Source of the DNA: Bacteroidia bacterium
Lineage (GTDB): Bacteria; Bacteroidota; Bacteroidia; SpSt-205
Reading direction: 5' to 3'
Assembly: GCA_039630245.1 (NCBI GenBank)
Contig: JBCNVK010000004.1
Location: 5,403 to 69,402 of the forward strand
DNA: 64,000 nucleotides
Shown here: one piece after another, positions 29,423-37,655 of the stretch
Layout: every line of letters begins with the position of its first letter
How positions within the stretch are numbered: the first letter of the stretch is position 1
The notes under the pieces: model-generated
Database searches by the model: none
Told to the model about the DNA's origin: nothing
The model's input: the letters and a program-made list of their open reading frames with translations, nothing else
Translations under genes and position numbers: made by a program

Positions 29423-30252
29423 CGCCGCTTCGTGCCTGCAAGCCAAAATCGCTTTTCTACCCTACTCTCGGCAAGCTCCTCTACCGCATCAGGCAAAGCC
29501 GGATAAAAGTCTATCTGCGTAAGGCGCTCCACCGAATCTACCGATACCAGAAAGTCCGTAGGCGGCCGCTCGGAGGGCGCATGCGGCACAAGAAAGGCCA
29601 CCGCCTTAGTCTCATTCCCCGAGGCCGAATAGACTATTTTGTAAAAAGCACGGGGGATGCTCACCCGACTGGCGCCGATTTTCCCCTGAATTTGGTCCAA
29701 TACTGGCCCTGTATAGACTAGGAGGCGGCCTTTTTGCTTGGCCCACTCCCGCACGGTACGCTCCACCGCCTCCCAAATGCCGGCATTGAATTCGTGCAAT
29801 TGAGGGCTCATATTGGACAGGAAGAAGGTTTCGCTCATGCCGAGGGAGTCCCATTTGAAGTCACCGGCTGGCACGAGGTGGCCTCGGTCGTAACCCGAGC
29901 CACGGTAATCGGCCAGCTGAGCCGAGGCAGAAGCCACCTGAGGGTCTGGCCGAAAATCCTGCGTGCGCCGCACACGGCCAGCTTTCAGGCGCTGGCCCTC
30001 GAGTAAATGGACCGTCCAGCGCGGCTGCTCATGCTCCTCATCGTAGCAAAGCGCATAATACGCATGCACCACAATCTGACAGGCATGGGTACTGCGGGGA
30101 TAGTACATGCTTAGGGAGTCCTTGGGAGGCGGCGGCGAGGCAGCAGGCGGATTCGGAATTCGTGGCTCAGGCCCAGGGGGCAGTTTCTTCCACACCAGCC
30201 ACCCCGCTAGCCCCGCAAGCAAAAGCAGCAGCAGAAGGGAAAATGGGCGCAT
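29419..30252 (-). CDS. Secreted DNA/RNA non-specific endonuclease (Serratia NucA-like)
   Basis: Signal peptide and the active-site DRGHLVPAGD motif. Confidence 0.8.
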   Translation of the reverse strand: MRPFSLLLLLLLAGLAGWLVWKKLPPGPEPRIPNPPAASPPPPKDSLSMYYPRSTHACQIVVHAYYALCYDEEHEQPRWTVHLLEGQRLKAGRVRRTQDFRPDPQVASASAQLADYRGSGYDRGHLVPAGDFKWDSLGMSETFFLSNMSPQLHEFNAGIWEAVERTVREWAKQKGRLLVYTGPVLDQIQGKIGASRVSIPRAFYKIVYSASGNETKAVAFLVPHAPSERPPTDFLVSVDSVERLTQIDFYPALPDAVEELAESRVEKRFWLAGTKRR

Positions 30253-30266
30253 AGAATAAACTTACG

Positions 30267-30998
30267 CTACTCGCGCAATCCTACGGCACGCAGAAGCTGC
30301 GGCGCATGCTCCCGACTGCACATATACACGCTGCCCGTAGTCAGGAGCACTTTATAGCGGCCAGAGAGCCAAGGCAGTACCTCCCGAACTGCGTCTAGGT
30401 TGATGAGCGCATCGCGGGCAATCCGAAGGAAGGGGGGCTGCGGCAGCTTTTCGGCTAGCTCTTGGAGAGTGTAGGCTCGGGTGCTATGCCGCTGTCCATC
30501 CCGCACTTCTACGTACAAGGTGCGCTCCTCTATGCAGACGCCTACTATCTCCTGCACGTTGAGAATGATATGGCCTTCTCGTCGGGGCAGGGCTATCTTG
30601 CCAGTCGGGGTCAGGGTGTTTGGCCGTTCCATCAGTCGCTGAAAAGCTCGCTGCAGCGCCTGCCGCAGCCGTTCCAAGGAAAAAGGCTTGAGGAGGTAAT
30701 CTACGGCCCCCCCTTCAAACGCTTTGACCGCATGTTCGGCATAGGCGGTAGTGAAAATCACTACTGGCGGATTAGGCAGGCTCTGCGCCGCATGCATGAG
30801 AGAGATACCATCTAAGCCAGGCATTTCAATATCTAGAAGGACTATGTCCCAGGGCTGCTCTTGGAGGTAGCGCAGGGCGGCCTCCCCATCTGGGGCTTCG
30901 GTAACCGCTAGCTCGCCTATTTGGCTGAGGTAGCGCTGGAGGAGGCGGCGCGCCGGCGCCTCATCCTCTACGACAAGTACCCGATAAGGTTTCACCAC
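30267..30998 (-). CDS. LytTR-family two-component response regulator
   Basis: REC domain (VLVVEDE ... DIVLLDIEMPGLDG) plus a C-terminal LytTR DNA-binding domain. Confidence 0.85.
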   Translation of the reverse strand: MVKPYRVLVVEDEAPARRLLQRYLSQIGELAVTEAPDGEAALRYLQEQPWDIVLLDIEMPGLDGISLMHAAQSLPNPPVVIFTTAYAEHAVKAFEGGAVDYLLKPFSLERLRQALQRAFQRLMERPNTLTPTGKIALPRREGHIILNVQEIVGVCIEERTLYVEVRDGQRHSTRAYTLQELAEKLPQPPFLRIARDALINLDAVREVLPWLSGRYKVLLTTGSVYMCSREHAPQLLRAVGLRE

Positions 30999-31565
30999 CT
31001 ATAATATACCGATTTCGGCTGGAAATGCAACTCCCAAAAGCCAGCCGCTTGTTTCCCGAAAGATTAGTCGGATGCGGCGCTGAGCACCTGCGCGCGTGAA
31101 ATGTATCTCTTTGCCGGTGAAAAACATATCACGGCAAAATGATATGGAGTCAAATTCAGAGCTCAAAAGCTTGTAGGCGGCTTCTTTAGCACACCAGAAG
31201 TGCCATTCTGTAACATAAGGAGGGCTAAGTATTTGGCGTTCGTGGTATTCGGTAAAGTAGAGCCATACATGGGGGGGAAAGGGGCGTTTTCTTTCTAGGT
31301 CTAGAGCGATGGGGAAAGAAGCGCAAGCCGCAGCAGCCCAGGGAAAGCTGTGACTAAGCGAAAAGTTAGGCAAAGGGGGCAAAGCAGTGCGAGCGGCGCG
31401 AGCGGCCAAAGCTTCTAACCGGCGGCGCGCATGCGTAATCTGGCGCATCCGGCTAGCTTCGGCAGGGGATAAATCCGCTTTTTTCCACAGCACCTCCTCG
31501 CGCTCTGTAATTTCCCACACGGCCCAAAAGGCCTCATTATAGGCTTCCCGGTATCTTAAAGGCAT
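30999..31565 (-). CDS. 4'-phosphopantetheinyl transferase (Sfp/EntD-type)
   Basis: WxxKEAxxK motif (FWCAKEAAYK). The gene runs straight into the response-regulator gene. Confidence 0.65.
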   Translation of the reverse strand: MPLRYREAYNEAFWAVWEITEREEVLWKKADLSPAEASRMRQITHARRRLEALAARAARTALPPLPNFSLSHSFPWAAAACASFPIALDLERKRPFPPHVWLYFTEYHERQILSPPYVTEWHFWCAKEAAYKLLSSEFDSISFCRDMFFTGKEIHFTRAGAQRRIRLIFRETSGWLLGVAFPAEIGIL

Positions 31566-31992
31566 GGCGCAAAAGTGGCACTTTCTACTCAGTGCGCCCT
31601 TGGAAGCCTCGCAGAGGGCAGCCCTAGCTGAAGCTTTAAGGGCTCACCTTGCCGACTGGCGGGCCCATGGACGGCCCGTAAGCTACACCCTGGCTTTTCC
31701 ATATGGGTGGTTTATAGAGGTGGCGGTGGAGGACCCGCTGACGGGCTGCGCCATAGACGCACTTTTTCGGCGGGTGCAATCCGCCACGGCTGTAGTGGGG
31801 CTTAGCCTCTGCTCTAGCGAATGGGTACTGGTAGTAGATGGAGATAATACTTTTATAGAAAAATTTTACGAAATAGTAAAAAAGTATCGCCTAGGCCAGT
31901 GGCCTCCTGAGCGCAAAGTGGTGGAGGTTCGGCCGGAGGGGCTGCGGTGCTGTGCGCTAGAGGCCAGCTATCTTGCCATTCACCTTAGGTAA
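31564..31992 (+). CDS. Hypothetical protein (142 aa). Its start codon overlaps the divergent PPTase start (CATG).
   Basis: Clean ORF. TAATG-coupled to the downstream glycosyltransferase. Confidence 0.45.
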   Translation: MAQKWHFLLSAPLEASQRAALAEALRAHLADWRAHGRPVSYTLAFPYGWFIEVAVEDPLTGCAIDALFRRVQSATAVVGLSLCSSEWVLVVDGDNTFIEKFYEIVKKYRLGQWPPERKVVEVRPEGLRCCALEASYLAIHLR

Positions 31993-33158
31993 TGCGCTTG
32001 GCCGTAATAGGTCCGCCGCGGGATGTGCATCTACGCCGGTGGGGAGAGGCGCTTCGGGCGGCGGGAGCCGAGGTGCTTTTCGTAGGGGTGGAGAAAGCCC
32101 CACCCGACCTAATTCCCTACCACTGTATAGGCCCTCCCGTAGAAAAGCCCAGCTTCTGGACTTTTTGGCAGCGCCGTCGGGCGCTCAGGGCTTTCCTAGT
32201 AGCGCAGCGCGTGGATTTGGCCCATCCCATTCATCTTACACCTTCAGGGGTGTGGGTGTGGCTTAGTGGCTTCCGCCCTTACCTGCCTTATGTGATGGGA
32301 GCGGACGTACTGGAGTATGGGCCTAGGCGACCGGCCTTAGGACGCAGCTGGAGCCTCCAGAGTGTGTCGCCCTCCCCTCTCCTTTACCTGCGCACCTTCC
32401 TGCGCCGGAAACTTATGCCACCGCTTTTACGGGCTACGCTAAGGCAGAGCCTAGCGGTAGCAGCCGATAACTACGAGCTTAGTTTTACATGCAAATTTTT
32501 TGTAAAAAGAAAAAAAATTATTGAACTCCCAGCTGGTATACGGGTGGTGGAGGGGGCGGCGCCTGAGCGGCGCGGCATTCTAGTAGGGCGCGGGACTACT
32601 TCCCTATACCAAGCGGACATTATTCTGGAGGGGGTGCGTCGCTACCTAGCGGAGGGGGGACGGCAGCCTATCTACTGGCTCAGGGGCCTCTACCCGCCCC
32701 ATCCTACTCTCCTGCGCCAAATCCGTCAAATAAGCCAGAAGTACGAAAATAGGTTTTATTTTTTTGAAAACATACTATCGCCGGCACGCCTTTGGCAGCT
32801 TTGGCAAGAGGTGGCAGCCTTTATCTCAGCCCCTGTGTATGACGGCTACAGCTACGCCGTAGCGGAAGGGCGCCTAGCTGGAAGCCTGCCAATTGTGAAC
32901 GCTATACCCGCCCATCTGGAAATTCTGACCCACGGCTATAACGCTTACATTGTAGAGCCTTTTACGGCGGTGCGTTTGGCTCAAGCCCTCCATGAAGTGG
33001 AGGAATGGCTAGCCGGTCCGCCCTTTTGGGCGGGTCCTAACGCCGAATGGGTGCGACGCTTCTCCGACTTAGCCCAGTCGGCCCGCTGGTTTCTCAGCTT
33101 TGTCCAAGAGAATTTACTACCTTTGCACAGGAACGGCGGGTATAGCTCAGGTGGTTAG
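31992..33158 (+). CDS. Glycosyltransferase (GT4-like). The 3' end overlaps tRNA-His by 24 nt.
   Basis: GT-B fold features with an EX7E-like region (AEGRLAGSLPIVNAIPAHLEILTHGYNAYIVEP). Confidence 0.55.
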   Translation: MRLAVIGPPRDVHLRRWGEALRAAGAEVLFVGVEKAPPDLIPYHCIGPPVEKPSFWTFWQRRRALRAFLVAQRVDLAHPIHLTPSGVWVWLSGFRPYLPYVMGADVLEYGPRRPALGRSWSLQSVSPSPLLYLRTFLRRKLMPPLLRATLRQSLAVAADNYELSFTCKFFVKRKKIIELPAGIRVVEGAAPERRGILVGRGTTSLYQADIILEGVRRYLAEGGRQPIYWLRGLYPPHPTLLRQIRQISQKYENRFYFFENILSPARLWQLWQEVAAFISAPVYDGYSYAVAEGRLAGSLPIVNAIPAHLEILTHGYNAYIVEPFTAVRLAQALHEVEEWLAGPPFWAGPNAEWVRRFSDLAQSARWFLSFVQENLLPLHRNGGYSSGG

Positions 33159-33211
33159 AGCGTCTGACTGTGGCTCAGAAGGTCGTCGGTTCGAATCCGA
33201 CTGCCCGCCCA
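33135..33211 (+). tRNA. trnH: tRNA-His (anticodon GTG) with the encoded G-1
   Basis: Manual fold of the 7-bp acceptor GCGGGTA/TGCCCGC. D arm GCTC-AGGTGGTTA-GAGC. Anticodon stem TCTGA/TCAGA with loop CTGTGGC. T arm GTCGG-TTCGAAT-CCGAC. Discriminator C73 and an extra 5' G-1, diagnostic of tRNA-His. Confidence 0.93.
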
Positions 33212-33708
33212 TGGGGGCCCCCCTCAACCGCGTAGAAGCGGCAGGGCTTCACACCATAGATGTGACCCAGCTGCTCCCCCTACCCCCCATACGCCCGTTG
33301 GATTTAGCCCAGTTTCTGGAAGAAGGTTTGATTCTACGGGAAAAGGTCTTTCGTGCCGCTCTGGCCCAGCACGACTGGCAAACCTACCAGGATGCCCTTG
33401 TACCTATCTTCGTCAGTACAGAGGCTATAGTTCCGCCTTGGGGCTTTCTCCTTGTTGGGATGTACTTGGCCCCTTACGCCCGCTACTACGGCGTAGGCCC
33501 CCCCGAAGCCCTCATAGAGCGCTACCAGCTCCTCCAGCTCCAAGAGCTTCCCTTAGAACCCTTTCGGGATCAGAAAATCCTCCTCAAGGGCTGCGCTAAT
33601 CTGTCCCCGGCCGTTCTTACTGAATTTTTTCGGCGCGTGATGCCAGTGGCACGCCTGGTCTTCTACGGCGAAGCCTGCTCCAGCGTGCCTATTTACAAGC
33701 GTAAATAA
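33211..33708 (+). CDS. Hypothetical protein (165 aa). Its ATG overlaps the tRNA-His 3' CA.
   Basis: The ORF track's longer start (33100) would run through the tRNA. The first in-frame ATG after the tRNA body is 33211. Confidence 0.5.
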   Translation: MGAPLNRVEAAGLHTIDVTQLLPLPPIRPLDLAQFLEEGLILREKVFRAALAQHDWQTYQDALVPIFVSTEAIVPPWGFLLVGMYLAPYARYYGVGPPEALIERYQLLQLQELPLEPFRDQKILLKGCANLSPAVLTEFFRRVMPVARLVFYGEACSSVPIYKRK

Positions 33709-33722
33709 ACCACTTCAAACCT

Positions 33723-34271
33723 ATGGGGAAAACCTTGCGACTTTTTTTGGTAGGTCTGATTGCCGCTGCGGGCTGCTTGCGTGAGCGGCGAGAGGGCGAC
33801 GAAACCGTAGGCCATGGCACTGTAACTACCCTTGAGTTGGGCCTTGTGAAAGGAAATGACACGATTTGGGGGCGATACAAAGACCCCGATGGGTATGGAG
33901 GTCGCCGGCCCTCCGTAGATACGCTACGCCCAGCCCCAAACACCGAGTACAGCTACTTTATCCGTCTGCGTAATGAAAGCGGCAACCCTCCCGAAGACCT
34001 TACCCAAGCCATAATAGAAGGCCAGAAAGATTACCACCGTTTCTTTTTCCTTTTTGAGCCGGAGGCCCTTGCGCAGGTGACCCCTCAGGATCAGGACAGC
34101 CGAGGCAAGCCTATAGGAGCACGGGGGAAATGGGTGCAGGGCCCCTCTTCCATCCCTTCTGGCCGGGTTCGGATCGTTTTGCGGCATTATCTCAGCGCAG
34201 CGGATAAAGATTACGGCCTTGAGCGTGGGAATACCGACATAGACGCTGTCATTTCAGTAAAAGCCCTTTAG
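33723..34271 (+). CDS. Lipoprotein of unknown function
   Basis: Signal peptide with lipobox (LIAAAGC). Confidence 0.5.
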   Translation: MGKTLRLFLVGLIAAAGCLRERREGDETVGHGTVTTLELGLVKGNDTIWGRYKDPDGYGGRRPSVDTLRPAPNTEYSYFIRLRNESGNPPEDLTQAIIEGQKDYHRFFFLFEPEALAQVTPQDQDSRGKPIGARGKWVQGPSSIPSGRVRIVLRHYLSAADKDYGLERGNTDIDAVISVKAL

Positions 34272-34274
34272 GTC

Positions 34275-34652
34275 ATGAGCCTTTCTACCCAGCGACACCT
34301 TCGTTCGCATGGGCTGCGCTGCACGGAGCCGCGCCGCTGCATAGTAGAGGCCCTCCGCAGCGGCCCTAAAACGCATGCAGAGCTCCTATGCCTCACACGG
34401 TTAGATCGGGTAACCGTGTATCGCAACCTGGTTACCCTACAACGAGTAGGCCTTGTGTATCGGGTGTATTTTCCAGGAAAACCCTCTCTCTACGTACTTT
34501 GCCAGCAGGGGCAGGGTACCCATGCGCATTTTTTTTGCCAGAAGTGTCATAAGGCGTTTTGCCTCCCCTCGGAAGCCGTCCAGCTAACGGGGGTTTGGGC
34601 GGGCCGTACCGAGCGGATTATCCTATTCGGGCAGTGCCCGGAGTGCGGCTAA
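34275..34652 (+). CDS. Fur-family metalloregulator (Fur/Zur/PerR-like)
   Basis: LRSHGLRCTEPRRCIVEAL ... TVYRNLVTL ... HAHFFCQKCHK ... CPEC, i.e. Fur DNA-binding and metal-site Cys/His pattern. Confidence 0.65.
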   Translation: MSLSTQRHLRSHGLRCTEPRRCIVEALRSGPKTHAELLCLTRLDRVTVYRNLVTLQRVGLVYRVYFPGKPSLYVLCQQGQGTHAHFFCQKCHKAFCLPSEAVQLTGVWAGRTERIILFGQCPECG

Positions 34653-35933
34653 AGCCTCCGCTACGAGAAAGAGGCTACCCGTCACCAATATGCCAGCGTA
34701 CTTCTCTAAGGCGGCTCGGACAGCTACCTCCACCGAGGGGTACACGGCGCCTAGATAGCCTAGAGGTTCCGCAAGAGCCCTGAGCCGCTCAGGGGGTAAA
34801 GCGCGCGGCGTCTGAGCGGCCGTAAAAAATACCTCTCCTGGCCAACCGCCCAGCGCCTTTAGCGCCGCCTCTACGGCTTTTTCGCGCGAAAAGCCTAGTA
34901 CCAGCGCCTGCGGCTTCATCGGTACATGCGAAAGGAACTGCCGTAAAGCCCAGAAAGCCGATTCGTTATGGGCCACATCGAGGAGAATCCAACGGTCTTT
35001 CTTTCGCACCCACTGCCCACGGCCATACAGAGGGGCTTCTCGGGCTGCCTGGCGAATCCCTCGGCGTAAAGCCATATCGGAAATCCTCCATCCCATCAGA
35101 CGCAGTACCTCTACGACCTGAAGAACTGTGGCAAGGTTATAGCCCTGATAGTCCCCCGTAAGGTCGCATTCCCATAGCGTGCCTGCTTTAGGGTCTCGAA
35201 AGAGCCGATACAGCGCGGCGCCCGATTCTACCCACCCTTCGGCTAGCAGGGGATAAGGGGTGATATAAAGTGGGGCCTGCCTGAGGGCTGCGGCCCGCCG
35301 GCAAGCCGTCAGCGCCGCTGGGGGTAACTCTGGCCCCAACACTACCGGCCGAAAAGGCTTTATAATCCCTGCTTTCTGAGCCGCGATGGCCTCAAGGGAG
35401 TGGCCCAGCACCTCCATGTGGTCCCATCCAATGGAAGTGATGACCGACAGAAGCGGGGAAACGATATTCGTAGCATCCCAAGTGCCCCCTAAGCCTACCT
35501 CTACTACTGCAATATCCACTGCCGCCTCGGCAAACCAGGCAAGGCTCAGGCCAACCGTGACCTCAAAAAAGGAGAGATTTTCAGCAGTTATGAAGTTTGC
35601 CCACCGCTCCAGAAAGGCATCTACCCAAGCGGCGGGCGGCTCCGCCCCATTTACCCGAAGCCGCTCGGTGAAGGTGAAGAAATGCGGCGAGGTATGAAAG
35701 CCTACTTTATAGCCGGCCTGGCGCAGGATATTGGCCAGCAGGGCAGCGACGGAGCCCTTCCCATTCGTGCCCGCTATGTGGAGGATAGGGTAGCGGCGAT
35801 GGGGATGGCCAAGGGCGGCATCCCATTTCTCTATGAAGGCTAGGGTTGGGTGGAGCGCTTTTCGGCCAGCCTGCTCATAAGCCTGCAAGCGCTCATACAG
35901 CCAGGCCTGCCACTCCGCTAGGGTGCGTGGCAC
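34623..35933 (-). CDS. folC: Folylpolyglutamate synthase/dihydrofolate synthase (Mur ligase family)
   Basis: P-loop HIAGTNGKGS and Mur-ligase middle/C-terminal domains. GTG start. Confidence 0.8.
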   Translation of the reverse strand: MPRTLAEWQAWLYERLQAYEQAGRKALHPTLAFIEKWDAALGHPHRRYPILHIAGTNGKGSVAALLANILRQAGYKVGFHTSPHFFTFTERLRVNGAEPPAAWVDAFLERWANFITAENLSFFEVTVGLSLAWFAEAAVDIAVVEVGLGGTWDATNIVSPLLSVITSIGWDHMEVLGHSLEAIAAQKAGIIKPFRPVVLGPELPPAALTACRRAAALRQAPLYITPYPLLAEGWVESGAALYRLFRDPKAGTLWECDLTGDYQGYNLATVLQVVEVLRLMGWRISDMALRRGIRQAAREAPLYGRGQWVRKKDRWILLDVAHNESAFWALRQFLSHVPMKPQALVLGFSREKAVEAALKALGGWPGEVFFTAAQTPRALPPERLRALAEPLGYLGAVYPSVEVAVRAALEKYAGILVTGSLFLVAEALAALRALPE

Positions 35934-35966
35934 CCTGCGAAGGTAGAGAAAGGCTACCTTTGTGGC

Positions 35967-37655
35967 ATGGAGCTTTTCCTTTCAGCCGCACAACGAGCTG
36001 AGCTATGGACTAAGCACCAGCCCCGCCTTCTTGCTGCGCGCAAAGCTTGGCAGCAGCGCACCTTTTGGGCCGCCTACCCCGAAGACCCCAAAAGCTACCC
36101 TGAAACAGCGGCCGCTCAGGGCGAAGCCGACTTTCAAGCTCAACTCCAAAAGCCCTTCCAAAGGCTTCTGCAGGAAAGTTCTACTTGGCTTACCTCCGAT
36201 GAAGTTTCTCCCTATACGCAAGTGCCCTTAGGCATAAGCTACCCCCAACCTTCACCTGATCGCCTTATCCAAAAGGCTGAAGCCGCTTTAGCCGTATGGC
36301 GCTGGGTACCTTGGAATGAACGGCTAGGGGTTCTTATGGAAAGCTTAGAGCGATTTGCTGAGCGGTTCTTTGAGGTAGCGCACGCCACGCTTCACACGAC
36401 AGGGCAAGCCTGGATGATGGCCTTTCAGGCCTCTGGTCCCCATGCGGCAGACCGGGCCATGGAAGCCCTAGCCGTGGCCTACCACGAGCTAGAGGCCATT
36501 CCCCCCCACGTCCGATGGGAAAAAGAAGCTGGCCGCAGCCGCATCGTCATAGAGAAATACTTTTTCCCTCAGCCGGAGGGGATCTCGCTTCACATTGGTG
36601 TCTCTACTTTTCCGGTTTGGAATACTTTGCCGGGCCTTTATGCCAGCTTAGCGGTGGGCAGCCCGGTTATCCTTAAGCCGCATCCGCGCGCCATATACCC
36701 TATCGCTATTGTAGTAGCGGTGCTTCAGCAAACCTTTGCGGACTATGGTCTGCCGCCCGAGATCGTCCAGCTTGCTGTGGATACCGTGGCCGCCCCTATC
36801 ACGAAGCTGCTCGCCGAACACCCCGCCATACGAATTATAGATTACACGGGCGGGCCAGAATTTGGGGCCTACTTGGAAAGCCTTCCAGGTAAAATCACCT
36901 TTCTAGAAAAAGCCGGCGTAAATGGCGTGCTTTTAGAAAGCGTAACCGACCTAGAGGCCGTGGCAAAGAATATAGCCTTTTCAGCCAGCCTTTACAGCGG
37001 GCAGATGTGCACCGCTCCGCAAAATGTGTATATCCCCCGCACAGGTGTGCGAACGCCGCAAGGCGTAGTTTCGTATGAGACCGTTACGGAAACGCTGCAA
37101 AAGGCCGTAGACGATTTAGCCGGTCATCCTAAGGCTGCGCCAGCCATTTTGGGGGCTTTGCAAAATGCTGGGGTGGCGGAGCGCATTGCACGCCTAAGCC
37201 AGCAGGTGCAGGTGCGCCGGCCAGCGCAGGCTTACGCTCATCCGCAGTTTGCTCAGGCACGCACCCTTACGCCTTTAGTGGCTGAGGTGGCGCAGCCAGA
37301 GGCTCCCGCCGCTCTCCACGAGCACTTCGGCCCTCGGCTCCTCTTTATCCCTGTCCGCAGCGCCGAGGAAGGCGTAGAAGCGCTCTGCCAGCTGGCGCGC
37401 ACGAAAGGCATGCTGGCCTGTGCCCTCTACACAACCGACCCTAGCTTTCAGACCCGAGCGGTTCGCCAGCTTGCCGAGGCTGGCGTAGCCCCGAGCCTCA
37501 ACTTCCATGGCCAGGCCTTCATCAACCAGAGCGTAGCATTTTCGGATTTTCACGGGACGGGAGCTAACCCAGCTGGTAACGCCTCCTTCACTGATACCAG
37601 CTTTATTGTCAAGCGCTTCCGCTGGCTGCAGGTGCGCCACTGCCTGGCCGGTTAG
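35967..37655 (+). CDS. Aldehyde dehydrogenase family protein (PaaN/PaaZ-like)
   Basis: ALDH catalytic Cys context (GQMCTAPQNVYIP). About 560 aa, as in PaaN-type enzymes. Confidence 0.55.
   Translation: MELFLSAAQRAELWTKHQPRLLAARKAWQQRTFWAAYPEDPKSYPETAAAQGEADFQAQLQKPFQRLLQESSTWLTSDEVSPYTQVPLGISYPQPSPDRLIQKAEAALAVWRWVPWNERLGVLMESLERFAERFFEVAHATLHTTGQAWMMAFQASGPHAADRAMEALAVAYHELEAIPPHVRWEKEAGRSRIVIEKYFFPQPEGISLHIGVSTFPVWNTLPGLYASLAVGSPVILKPHPRAIYPIAIVVAVLQQTFADYGLPPEIVQLAVDTVAAPITKLLAEHPAIRIIDYTGGPEFGAYLESLPGKITFLEKAGVNGVLLESVTDLEAVAKNIAFSASLYSGQMCTAPQNVYIPRTGVRTPQGVVSYETVTETLQKAVDDLAGHPKAAPAILGALQNAGVAERIARLSQQVQVRRPAQAYAHPQFAQARTLTPLVAEVAQPEAPAALHEHFGPRLLFIPVRSAEEGVEALCQLARTKGMLACALYTTDPSFQTRAVRQLAEAGVAPSLNFHGQAFINQSVAFSDFHGTGANPAGNASFTDTSFIVKRFRWLQVRHCLAG

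Noticed and set aside
33100-33210. ORF-track start of the 33100..33708 ORF
   Set aside because: It would translate straight through the tRNA-His gene. The first ATG after the tRNA body (33211) is taken instead.
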